From: Candidatus Zhuqueibacterota bacterium
GTDB taxonomy: Bacteria; Zhuqueibacterota; Zhuqueibacteria; Thermofontimicrobiales; Thermofontimicrobiaceae
DNA: 64,000 nt
Direction of reading: 5' to 3'
Assembly (NCBI GenBank): GCA_049322915.1
Contig: JBMOPW010000035.1
Coordinates: forward strand, 96,001-160,000
Position 1 is the stretch's first letter. Every line of letters begins with the position of its first letter. Made by a program: the position numbers and the translations under genes. Shown here in pieces: positions 1 through 8,401 of this stretch. Under the pieces are notes generated by a model. It was not told where the DNA came from. It made no database searches and was given only the letters and a program-made list of their open reading frames with translations.

Positions 1-810
1 GGATTCGATGCCAATGCCCGCTCCCGCGTGCGCCTGGCCTACGCCTCCATGCAGAAGGGGAATATGGAACTCCGCTTTGGTCAGCAGTGGGATTTATTCT
101 CACCGAACATTCCAATGACGGTCAATACCAATGGCATTCTCTGGTATAGCGGCAATTACGGCTTCCGACGCGCTCAGATCCAATTCCATTATAAAATGCC
201 CCTGGGCGGCATGTCTCCGCTGATTCAACTCTCGGTTGGCGAAGCGGCAAAAGAGGAAAGCACGCTGGGAGATGACAACAAGGCTGCCTTCCCCATGCTG
301 CAAGGTCGGTTGTCGAATAAATTCATGGACAAACACACTGTCGGCGCTTACTTTGTCCATGCCAAATTCGATCCGAATCCCGATCTGGATGACGATGAGT
401 ACACGACGTCTGGATTTGGCGTTGATTTTGACATGCAATTCAGCGCTATGCTGGCTGTGAAAGGTGAATTCAATAGCGGCACTAACCTGAACAATGCCAA
501 CCTGTTCACGATTGCCGGCAACGGATTAGCCGACGTTGACAGAAAAAGCATGGGGTTCTGGTTCAATGCCATTTCCAAACCTTCCACCAAAGTCAATTTT
601 GTGCTGGGATACGGAATGGATAAGAACCAGACCGACGACCTGGCCGAAGGGGCCATTGAGCAAAACAGCACCATTTATGGGGATATTATTTTCCCGATGG
701 GCAATGGATTTTGCATCTCCCTGGAAGCTCAGAGCATTTCAACAAAAATTAAAGACGGCGACACCAACAGCGCCCTGGTATTTGACATAGCTGGAATTAT
801 TAATTTCTAA
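1..810 (+). CDS. Outer-membrane beta-barrel porin (DcaP-like), 5'-truncated by the window edge
   Basis: The frame is open from the window start. It has a 'RLRLAY...GQQWDLF' porin-like motif, alternating amphipathic strands and a C-terminal Phe (…GIINF). Confidence 0.7.
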   Translation, partial: GFDANARSRVRLAYASMQKGNMELRFGQQWDLFSPNIPMTVNTNGILWYSGNYGFRRAQIQFHYKMPLGGMSPLIQLSVGEAAKEESTLGDDNKAAFPMLQGRLSNKFMDKHTVGAYFVHAKFDPNPDLDDDEYTTSGFGVDFDMQFSAMLAVKGEFNSGTNLNNANLFTIAGNGLADVDRKSMGFWFNAISKPSTKVNFVLGYGMDKNQTDDLAEGAIEQNSTIYGDIIFPMGNGFCISLEAQSISTKIKDGDTNSALVFDIAGIINF

Positions 811-826
811 GAAATAGTAAAATCAT

Positions 827-862
827 TCGTCATCCACCTCATGGTGGATGACGACCCTTTTA
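827..862 (+). terminator. Intrinsic terminator after the porin gene
   Basis: Perfect 12-bp stem TCGTCATCCACC/GGTGGATGACGA followed by CCCTTTT. Confidence 0.6.
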
Positions 863-874
863 ATGAAGCATAAA

Positions 875-970
875 ATCTCCGAGTCCTTTTACCTGCAGGG
901 AAACCCATGGTAAATCGACCGATAGGGTTTGATTGGAAACAAGCAAGCCTCCCGGACTTGGAAAGGAGAT
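875..970 (+). ncRNA. Moco-class riboswitch (molybdenum/tungsten cofactor), short variant lacking P3
   Basis: P1 is ATCTCC(875-880)/GGAGAT(965-970). The 5' end reads CTCCGAG..ACCT, followed by a GAAA-loop hairpin, AGGG…GGAAAC, and the diagnostic 3' end GCCTCCCG-GACT-TGGAAAGGAG, which matches the moaA-leader motif. The SD sequence sits inside P1. Confidence 0.85.
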
Positions 971-977
971 CCTTATT

Positions 978-1139
978 ATGTCTGCTCATTTTCATACCAG
1001 TTTCACCTCAAAGGAAATTCTCTTTTTCACCCCAGATATCACATTGCGCTATGTTCAATCTTATTTGTCTGGCATGGGAGCTTTGTCATTTTGTTGTCCA
1101 GCTTACCCTGAAACCGCAGGACTTTATTGTATTTGCTGA
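978..1139 (+). CDS. Small 53-aa ORF with Cys-rich C-terminus directly under the riboswitch SD
   Basis: ATG lies 9 nt after AGGAG of riboswitch P1. It is in frame with ORF 933..1139 (MSAHFH…FCCPAYPETAGLYCIC). No family recognised. Confidence 0.35.
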   Translation: MSAHFHTSFTSKEILFFTPDITLRYVQSYLSGMGALSFCCPAYPETAGLYCIC

Positions 1140-1276
1140 GACTTAATTATTGAGCGTTCATCGTTTTTTGTTTGTGTGCCTGACAATGCCAATTCATAGT
1201 CAATGCTTGCTTGTTGGGATACATCCTGGCAGACATGCATTGATTCCATTTTAACTTTTATTTATGGGAGTAAAAA

Positions 1277-2071
1277 ATGAAATTGTTGTCCAAACGTTCG
1301 TTGTCCTTTCTTCTTGTTGTCTTTCTTTTATGCACCTTGATCATTAGCTGCGATAAGGATAATCCGGCTGAACCGAAACCAGAAGAGGATAGTTATCTCT
1401 GGATTCACTTCAAATCGGACTCAACCAAAATCGAGTTTGAGGCATTGCCCAAAATCGATGCGGATGGTGAAGAGGCAATTCAACTCAGCTCATTTATCGA
1501 TACAACGCTCGTAGCAATTTTCCGAGATAAAAATGGTAATCCGTATGACGCCAGAAAACTTTATGCTTATCAGGTCAAAGGTGAAGATGGATTCTCCGCA
1601 TCATCAAAAGGCTATTTAAACAACACATGGGAGCAACTCTCTCTGGGACATATCATCACAGCGACCCGGCAGGTTGTTTTTCCAGACGATAAAATCGATC
1701 TGGCTGGCGCCTATAATGTCAAATCAACCCTTCACATCTTTCTCCACCGCAAGTTTGATATCATCACCCCGGACACAACGACCTTCGTTGAACTCCGCGC
1801 GCTGAATCAAACATCCATCACGAACCTTGATGGGCAGATGGAAAACGCCCTGGTTCTGAAAGATTTCGTAACAACGCTGGTGACCGCCCCTGAAAGTCGT
1901 ACGTTCAATATGAGATCGCTGGACGATTTCGGGCCCTCCTCCGACATGACCTGGGAGCAATTCCAGACTGGTTATTGGCTGATGAGCAGTGAATCGACCA
2001 TGTTCACCGATCCAGCTTTCAATTCAGGAAGATATAAAGTAAAAGTCTTAGAAAAAATTCTGGTGAATTAA
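1277..2071 (+). CDS. Lipoprotein with two tandem repeats resembling a degenerate molybdopterin-oxidoreductase domain
   Basis: Lipobox IIS-C and SD GGGAG. Internal repeat: EDGF…TWEQL..G…GAYNVK..HIFL versus LDDF…TWEQF..G…GRYKVK..KILV. Confidence 0.8.
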   Translation: MKLLSKRSLSFLLVVFLLCTLIISCDKDNPAEPKPEEDSYLWIHFKSDSTKIEFEALPKIDADGEEAIQLSSFIDTTLVAIFRDKNGNPYDARKLYAYQVKGEDGFSASSKGYLNNTWEQLSLGHIITATRQVVFPDDKIDLAGAYNVKSTLHIFLHRKFDIITPDTTTFVELRALNQTSITNLDGQMENALVLKDFVTTLVTAPESRTFNMRSLDDFGPSSDMTWEQFQTGYWLMSSESTMFTDPAFNSGRYKVKVLEKILVN

Positions 2072-2074
2072 CCT

Positions 2075-4018
2075 ATGAGTCGATTCCAATTGTATATCGT
2101 ACTTCTGACACTTGCTCTGTTGCTCCCTTCAGGCTATGCGCAAGAGGTGTATCCGGCGAAAAGCGACTCCGGTGTTCAATACTTCCGGCTTCAGGAGATT
2201 GTTATTTATGGCAACCGGGACAAGGTGAATCAGTGCACCGTCCTTGAACTTGATCAGCAACAAATGAAAACCAGGAACTCCACAACGGTTTCTGAACTGC
2301 TGAGCTTTGAGCCCGGATTGAATCTCACCTCAGGATACAAAAGCGAGACTGAAACCCGAATTCGGGGATTTCGCTCCAGCGACGTACTGGTGCTGATGGA
2401 TGGAAGACCGATCAATCCCGGTTATTATGGCCGTGTCGATCTCTCCATGTTACCATTGGATAATCTGGCGAAGGTCACTGTGATCAAAGGGCCGGCATCC
2501 GTGGCATATGGTGCAAACGCGATGGGTGGCGTAATTAACATCGTCACTCAGAATGGAATGGAAAATCCCCGGACTGTTGTTGAGGCTAAACTTGGCGATT
2601 ACCAGTATCGCAGCATAAACCTGAATCACAGTCGCCAGATCGGCCGTTTCAACTACTGGATTTCCGGGTACGAGCATCATGCCAATGGCTTGGCGATGAG
2701 CCGCGAATTCGAGCCCACGAAATATGAGGACGGCGGCAAAAGAGAATTGAGCCGGTATCATAAACTGGGCATCAGCGGTAAAGTTGGGTTTTCGCCCCAT
2801 GATAATTTATGGCTTACGCTTTCGTCGGATTACCATTGGGCAAAGAAAGACATTCCAGTCGCCACACGGTTCGTTCCCGGTGATACGCCCCGGTACTGGC
2901 GTTTCCCGAACTGGGAGCGGTACAGTCTTGCTTTGAGCGGCGAATGGAAATTGAATTCCGGATTGTCCATGAAATCGATCATTTTCACCGATGCATACAA
3001 TGATCGGTTGATCAATTATTTGACCGCTGAAATGGACGAGGATTACATCGATTACGACTCATTGCTCGAGAATTTCACCACCGGGGGCCTGGTTCAGGGT
3101 GAATATTTCCCGTCGCCCCGGCATCACCTCCTTGTGGGCGTTCAGTTTCGACGCGATCAGATGGATAAGAAACCCGATCTCAATGAACCGTGGGAAAATC
3201 ACTTTGCATCAACAGGGTCGTTCTATGCTCAGGACGATTTCAAACCCTGGGAAAAAACACTGGTGACATTGGGCGTTGGTTACTTCTATCATCGAACGGA
3301 AGTTGGGCCGGGCAGTGGGAACGTAACACCGATGGCAAGCATTCAGCAACAGCTATGGCACGACTGGAATCTGTTCGCCAGTTATTCTCAGGCCGTTCGT
3401 TTTCCGACCCTGCATCAGCTCTACAGCGTGACTTCAGGAAATTCTGAACTTCAGCCGGAATATGCCAATAAATTCGAATTAGGCGTCAAGAAAATCTTTG
3501 GTTCATCCCATCCGCATCGGTTTCTCTCCGTTGACCTGGCCTTGTTTTACAATGAACTGGAGGATATGATTTATCGATCGTCCCGTTCATTGCGCTACAA
3601 AAACATATCCCGATCGACCATGCAGGGGGTTGAATTCAGAATGAATTATTCGGTAAATCGATATGTCTCCGGTGAATTAAGCTACAGCTTTATCGACTTC
3701 CCCCAGCCAACGATGGAGATTGATGAATATCTTCCGGCCAACAAGTTCCGGGGGATGGTCACAGTCAAATCTAACGTTGGAACGAAGCTCAGTTACGAAG
3801 CAGCGTACGTCGATGAGCGGTTGTTCTATTACACCAGCACGTTCTTTACTGTGATGCCTGATTTTTATATCCATAATGTCAATGTAAGTCAAGAGATAAC
3901 TCAATGGTTAAGTGTCCGGCTGGAGGTCAGCAATCTTCTGGATAAATACTATGAAGAAGAATTTGGCTATCCTCAGCCGGGTCGACAAGTCCTGGGAGGT
4001 ATCCGCTTCATATTTTAA
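2075..4018 (+). CDS. TonB-dependent receptor
   Basis: Signal peptide, plug motifs (IRGF…VLVLMDGRP; VIKGPASVAYGANAMGGVINI) and C-terminal NLLDKYY…PGR…F. Confidence 0.95.
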   Translation: MSRFQLYIVLLTLALLLPSGYAQEVYPAKSDSGVQYFRLQEIVIYGNRDKVNQCTVLELDQQQMKTRNSTTVSELLSFEPGLNLTSGYKSETETRIRGFRSSDVLVLMDGRPINPGYYGRVDLSMLPLDNLAKVTVIKGPASVAYGANAMGGVINIVTQNGMENPRTVVEAKLGDYQYRSINLNHSRQIGRFNYWISGYEHHANGLAMSREFEPTKYEDGGKRELSRYHKLGISGKVGFSPHDNLWLTLSSDYHWAKKDIPVATRFVPGDTPRYWRFPNWERYSLALSGEWKLNSGLSMKSIIFTDAYNDRLINYLTAEMDEDYIDYDSLLENFTTGGLVQGEYFPSPRHHLLVGVQFRRDQMDKKPDLNEPWENHFASTGSFYAQDDFKPWEKTLVTLGVGYFYHRTEVGPGSGNVTPMASIQQQLWHDWNLFASYSQAVRFPTLHQLYSVTSGNSELQPEYANKFELGVKKIFGSSHPHRFLSVDLALFYNELEDMIYRSSRSLRYKNISRSTMQGVEFRMNYSVNRYVSGELSYSFIDFPQPTMEIDEYLPANKFRGMVTVKSNVGTKLSYEAAYVDERLFYYTSTFFTVMPDFYIHNVNVSQEITQWLSVRLEVSNLLDKYYEEEFGYPQPGRQVLGGIRFIF

Positions 4019-4090
4019 AAGTAATTTTTAAATTGCATTCGCCTATTTCGTGATAATGTAAAAATTTCATATACGCCTAAAAAATTACAA

Positions 4091-4123
4091 CCCTCTCCGA
4101 TGGTTCAATCCCATCGGAGAGGG
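4091..4123. terminator. Hairpin between convergent operons (probable terminator)
   Basis: Perfect 13-bp stem CCCTCTCCGATGG/CCATCGGAGAGGG with a 7-nt loop. Confidence 0.65.
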
Positions 4124-4342
4124 ATAACTGGAGTGGAACGATGCCAATAAAATAATCGAGGATTATTTGTATAATTGGTTAAATTAGGGATAATGGGAAA
4201 ACGATCATTGCTATCTCGGGGATGCCATTGGAATCATTTTTGAGATTGAGTAGCTGAAGGTTTTAGAACGACGTTATCACTGGATTAAAAAAAGTCCTAC
4301 TCTATGACTGTAACATTTTATCATAACAGACCGCGCGCAATT

Positions 4343-4957
4343 TCAGTTTCGATTGAACTTGACTGCCCGGACAAAATATTCCCCCGGGGCGTCATTAATG
4401 GTTTCGACAGTGTAATCAAGCGTTTGCAGCAGATCGCCCAATTGATTTCCCCGGATGAGTCGATGATTTTTGACCGGGCTATGCAGGGTTTCGTGAAATG
4501 TATTTAACTCCGCACTGCTGCGCAGGTGAATGATGCTCAGTTCTCCCCCGTTTTTCAACACCCGCCAACATTCCCTCAGCGCCACGGCCGTATCTGCGAA
4601 ATGCGGAAACACCTGAAACGCGATAATGATATCGAATTTCTCATGGCGAAAAGGCAGATGATGGACATCGGCGCAGAATGGCGAAATAGACTCATAGTTT
4701 TTGGAAGCGGCGACGGCTGCCATTTCTGCGGCATAGTCGATGGCGTACACTCGCGCGCCGGGCTGCGCCAGCTTTTTCAGCGCAGGGAAAATGACCCCGG
4801 TGCCGCAACCCAGATCGAGTATGCAATTCGCGCGGTGTATGGCCAGCCTCGAAAGCAGTGATTCAATGCGTTCGCCGGGATAGTTCATCCGGCGATCCCA
4901 TTCCGGCGCCAGGTTGTTGAAATGCTGGCGCGTCTTCCGGTCGTTCAGATTCATCAT
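4343..4957 (-). CDS. Class I SAM-dependent methyltransferase
   Basis: Motif I ILDLGCGTG, plus AIDYA, ADVHHLPF and RVLKNGG. The start is placed at the ATGA overlap with the upstream stop (MMNLND). Confidence 0.9.
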   Translation of the reverse strand: MMNLNDRKTRQHFNNLAPEWDRRMNYPGERIESLLSRLAIHRANCILDLGCGTGVIFPALKKLAQPGARVYAIDYAAEMAAVAASKNYESISPFCADVHHLPFRHEKFDIIIAFQVFPHFADTAVALRECWRVLKNGGELSIIHLRSSAELNTFHETLHSPVKNHRLIRGNQLGDLLQTLDYTVETINDAPGEYFVRAVKFNRN

Positions 4958-5460
4958 AGGTAAATGACATTCCTCTTTTTTAATGCGCTCAAAATGAGCG
5001 GGATGAGCACTCCCTGAAGGGCAATTCCCGGCAGTGAAACAATGGCGCCAATCGTGACGGCTACCGCCGGAAAACCCAGCAGAGGCAGAAACACGAATAG
5101 CATCAGCACATAAGCCACGCGCTCGCCGACAAGGGCTGAAATCAGGCACACCCAGAAATTCGACTTTCGCTTTTTGTAGAAATACGAGATGATCGAGGCC
5201 GCGGTCATTCCCTCAACGCTCATGATGACCGCTGTCGGGAATAGCGGCGGCATCCCGGTGATCAGCGCTGAAACCCATGGGCCAGCCAGTCCGACGAGGA
5301 TCGCGTATGGAAAGTCCAGCACGAAACCGGCCAACAGGATGGGCAGAAATATGGGCAGGAACAGTCTGCCAAGCCCCAGAATGTGAAATACAATCGGCAC
5401 CAACACGCACAGCGCCAGGAATAACGCGCTCAGAGAAATTTGACGAGTTTTTATGTGCAT
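4954..5460 (-). CDS. ECF transporter S component
   Basis: 168 aa with about 6 hydrophobic segments. Motifs 'LFLPIFLPILLAG', 'ITGMPP' and 'PGIALQ' are typical of S components. Confidence 0.85.
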   Translation of the reverse strand: MHIKTRQISLSALFLALCVLVPIVFHILGLGRLFLPIFLPILLAGFVLDFPYAILVGLAGPWVSALITGMPPLFPTAVIMSVEGMTAASIISYFYKKRKSNFWVCLISALVGERVAYVLMLFVFLPLLGFPAVAVTIGAIVSLPGIALQGVLIPLILSALKKRNVIYL

Positions 5461-5524
5461 ACCGCCCGGTTAATTTCGATTTCAGTTCATCCCCTGAAGA
5501 GTATGATTGCCTGGTCGTTTGGAT

Positions 5525-7396
5525 TTACAACTCATAGCTGAATTGGCTCATGAAAGTTCGTCCCGGCAATGGATAGCCTTTCATAATCGTGTACTGCGCG
5601 TCGAGCAAATTTTCAATCGCCAGGGACACTTCCATCCGCTGCAGGAGCCGGTACCGTAATTTCAAATGAACCAGCGTATACTCCGGCATTTTTTCAAATG
5701 TGGTCTGAAGCGGAAAAACATTCTCCTGATAACTGGAATAAAGGTCGCTCACATATTCGCCGTACAGGGCCAGATGCGCTTTGTTCCATGCATAATCCAG
5801 GAGGAAATTCAATTTGTTCGGTGAATAAGGGATCATTTTTTTTGACTTCAGGTACGAGTATGATGTTCGGATGAAGAAATGCTCCGCCGGTTTCACATTC
5901 AGCGCGACCTCCATTCCCATGGCTTCGTTTTCTCCAATGTTTTGATTCTGCTTCACGCCAGGGCTGATGACCACGGTTTCGATAAATTGATCGCCGCTGT
6001 AATAAAATCCGCAGATGTCAACGGACGCTGCCGGGCCAAAGGATTGATTGACGCCCATTTCGTAATTCCACAAACGCTCCGGGAGCAGATCCGGATTGGC
6101 CGGCGGGAACAGGAACAGGTCTTTGATGGACGGCGTGCGGAATCCTTTGGCAGCCGTAACGCGCAGCGACGTCTGCGAATATGGCTGAAACACAAGCCCG
6201 AATTTGGGTATCCATTCGCCGCCAAAATTTGAATTATGCTCGAACCGAACCCCGGAGGAGAGCGTCAACTTTTTCCGGAACAGCTTTTGCAAATGAACGT
6301 ACAGCGCGCGCTCATCGTTGAAAAAGGCGCCAAGTTTGACTCCATTGGTCCACGCTGCGCCGCCATAGCGCTTCACGTCACTCCCGATTGTCGTTTTTAT
6401 GTCCAGGGGCATATTGAAATTCTGGAAGAACAGGAACCCATTGGTCTGATCATCTGAGTCCCAGCCATCGGACAGTTTGTGCTTGCCAAAATTCCCATGT
6501 AATTTGATGGTTCCGTGGGTTCGAGCGAACGTATTGGTCAGGGTGATGTCCATGGAACTCCGGGTGATGTCGCCATAATCGAAATAGCCGTACAAATCGA
6601 TATTCTCCGGGCCGGGATCGTGGAATTCGTACGGATTCAGACTTCCGTTGAAACTCACCTGGAACCGCTCATTGATCTGATAGCCTAATTTCACGGCAAA
6701 ATCGTAGGCCTTGAAATCGGAGTTCGGCCGATCTCCATCGGATTGCTGATACCCCAACGCCGCGAAATAGCGAAACTTATCCACTGCTCCGCTATGCTGC
6801 AATTTCATCTTTTGAGTATTGAAACTGCCATACCCCAACTGCGCTTTGGTAGTGAAGCCGACTGCCGGGAGTTGCCGGGTGATGATGTTCACAACGCCGC
6901 CCATGGCATTGGTTCCGTATACCGCAGCGGCAGGACCGCGCAGCACTTCAATGTGATCGACATTGTCAACCAGATAGGCGTCATTGATGGGGTGGCTGAA
7001 AATGCCCTGAAAGTCCGGCCGGCCGTCGATGAGCATCAACACCTGGGAGTTGGAGCTACCGCCGACACCGCGGATTGTCACGCCGCCGGCTGCCAATGAG
7101 GACACGCCATAGCCGATGGATGAACGACGCGTTGTATAAACGCCCGGGGTCAGGTAGGAGATCAGATCCGCGACATTGGTGAATTGCGTGGTCTGAATGT
7201 CCGATGGGGAAATGACGGAGACGCTGGCGGCAGCATCTTTTTGACGCATCTCAAACCGCTGACCGGTCACGATGACCGGCCCATGTACGTATTTTACCGA
7301 ATCCGGTATCGCTGTGGATTCCTGCGCCGGGAGAGGATTTATCATCAGAGAGACTAAAAGGATCGTGCCGCTTACTGCGTTTTGAATGACGTTCAC
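5525..7396 (-). CDS. TonB-dependent receptor (NikR-linked)
   Basis: GTG start with SD GGAGG. Plug motifs (IRG, LIDGRP, IEVLRGPAAAVYGTNAMGGVVNI) and C-terminal NLLD…PGR. Confidence 0.95.
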   Translation of the reverse strand: MNVIQNAVSGTILLVSLMINPLPAQESTAIPDSVKYVHGPVIVTGQRFEMRQKDAAASVSVISPSDIQTTQFTNVADLISYLTPGVYTTRRSSIGYGVSSLAAGGVTIRGVGGSSNSQVLMLIDGRPDFQGIFSHPINDAYLVDNVDHIEVLRGPAAAVYGTNAMGGVVNIITRQLPAVGFTTKAQLGYGSFNTQKMKLQHSGAVDKFRYFAALGYQQSDGDRPNSDFKAYDFAVKLGYQINERFQVSFNGSLNPYEFHDPGPENIDLYGYFDYGDITRSSMDITLTNTFARTHGTIKLHGNFGKHKLSDGWDSDDQTNGFLFFQNFNMPLDIKTTIGSDVKRYGGAAWTNGVKLGAFFNDERALYVHLQKLFRKKLTLSSGVRFEHNSNFGGEWIPKFGLVFQPYSQTSLRVTAAKGFRTPSIKDLFLFPPANPDLLPERLWNYEMGVNQSFGPAASVDICGFYYSGDQFIETVVISPGVKQNQNIGENEAMGMEVALNVKPAEHFFIRTSYSYLKSKKMIPYSPNKLNFLLDYAWNKAHLALYGEYVSDLYSSYQENVFPLQTTFEKMPEYTLVHLKLRYRLLQRMEVSLAIENLLDAQYTIMKGYPLPGRTFMSQFSYEL

Positions 7397-7448
7397 CTGT
7401 TCCTTCCTCCAGATTTGTTCAGTACTTTCGGTTTATTAGACTGCGTTG

Positions 7449-7475
7449 GTGTCACGTTTTTTAAAATTGTGCTAC
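7449..7475. promoter_or_regulatory. Putative NikR operator upstream of the TonB receptor
   Basis: GTGTCAC-N13(AT-rich)-GTGCTAC, the same geometry as the box upstream of nikR. Confidence 0.7.
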
Positions 7476-7491
7476 CTGGGTCGAAAAAAAA

Positions 7492-7908
7492 TCAAACATC
7501 CTTGCCGGTGGTTGTCATCACCAGCTTTCCGTGCTTGACGCCTCGAAGGCTGATCAGTTTATCGGATATTTTTCGGATCGCCGCGGTTTTGCCCCGGACT
7601 GCGATCACCTCCAGGCAGTTATGATGATCAAGATGGATATGCGTCGCTGCAATGATTTGCTCGTTGAATTGGTGCTGAACGTTGGTCAGCATTTCGGTGA
7701 GTTCGCGGACGTGATGGTCGAAGATGATGGTAATTGTGCCCACGGATTCCGCTTCATCGTCGCCCCAATGCTGCAGCACCAGTTCGTTCCGAATCAGATC
7801 GCGAATCGCTTCCGATCGGTTCTTGTAGCTGCGCGCGAAAATGAGCTGATCAAATTTTTCCAACAATGCGTTTTCGATGGAAACGCCGAAACGAGTAATT
7901 TGGCTCAT
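7492..7908 (-). CDS. nikR: Nickel-responsive regulator NikR
   Basis: N-terminal ribbon-helix-helix (RFGVSI…NRSEAIRDLIR) and Ni-site motif QH…HIHLDHHNCLE. The start was chosen by SD (GGAG) spacing. Confidence 0.97.
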   Translation of the reverse strand: MSQITRFGVSIENALLEKFDQLIFARSYKNRSEAIRDLIRNELVLQHWGDDEAESVGTITIIFDHHVRELTEMLTNVQHQFNEQIIAATHIHLDHHNCLEVIAVRGKTAAIRKISDKLISLRGVKHGKLVMTTTGKDV

Positions 7909-7920
7909 GGTCATGTCTCC

Positions 7921-7966
7921 GTAGCACAATTTTCAGAATGATAACACAATTCTGGTAAAAAGTCAA
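7921..7966 (-). promoter_or_regulatory. nikR sigma70 promoter overlapped by a NikR operator
   Basis: On the minus strand, TTGACT(7966-7961)-N17-TATCAT(7943-7938) with an extended TG. The box GTGTTAT-N13-GTGCTAC (7947-7921) overlaps the -10. Confidence 0.7.
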
Positions 7967-8401
7967 GACAAAATTTTTATTTCTTACAGCGCGATAACAA
8001 CGACGATCGAATCGCCGGTCACACCTGGCGCTGCATCCTGAAAATACGGGCGTGAATTGTCTCTCTCCCACTGCTGCCGGAAACCGAATCGAGCATCCCT
8101 TCGGAACCGCCAACTCGCCGGACAGCGATTCATCCGCTCTCCGATTTCGACGAATCGCTCGATTACGGGAACGACAATTGATCACCGGAAAAATTATTGA
8201 GTTGCAAAAGTGAGAATAATTTGATATGTTATGGCTCCAAAAATTTGCACCCCATGGTCGGACTTTGGTATGATCGGGACGGGTTCGCGGAACCGCTCCG
8301 CTCTTCTCCGGTTAGAAGCGGAGCGAACGTCGCGTGAGTGGGATATCTCCGGTGGAGATTGCGAATAAAATGCAGGGGCGCTCCGGGGCTGCCCGGCTTT
8401 A

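Noticed and set aside
860..1276. Cobalamin riboswitch upstream of the first TonB receptor (btuB-like)
   Set aside because: No B12-box or GGGAA…GCCACTG core was found, and the motif present matches the Moco class instead. None was seen before the receptors at 7396 or 40144 either.
4958..5149. N-terminal extensions given by the ORF track (methyltransferase, NtrC regulator to 16926, MacA from 31892, ABC ATPase to 45315, 62287 start)
   Set aside because: They overlap neighbouring genes or lack an SD. Downstream starts fit SD spacing or stop/start coupling better.
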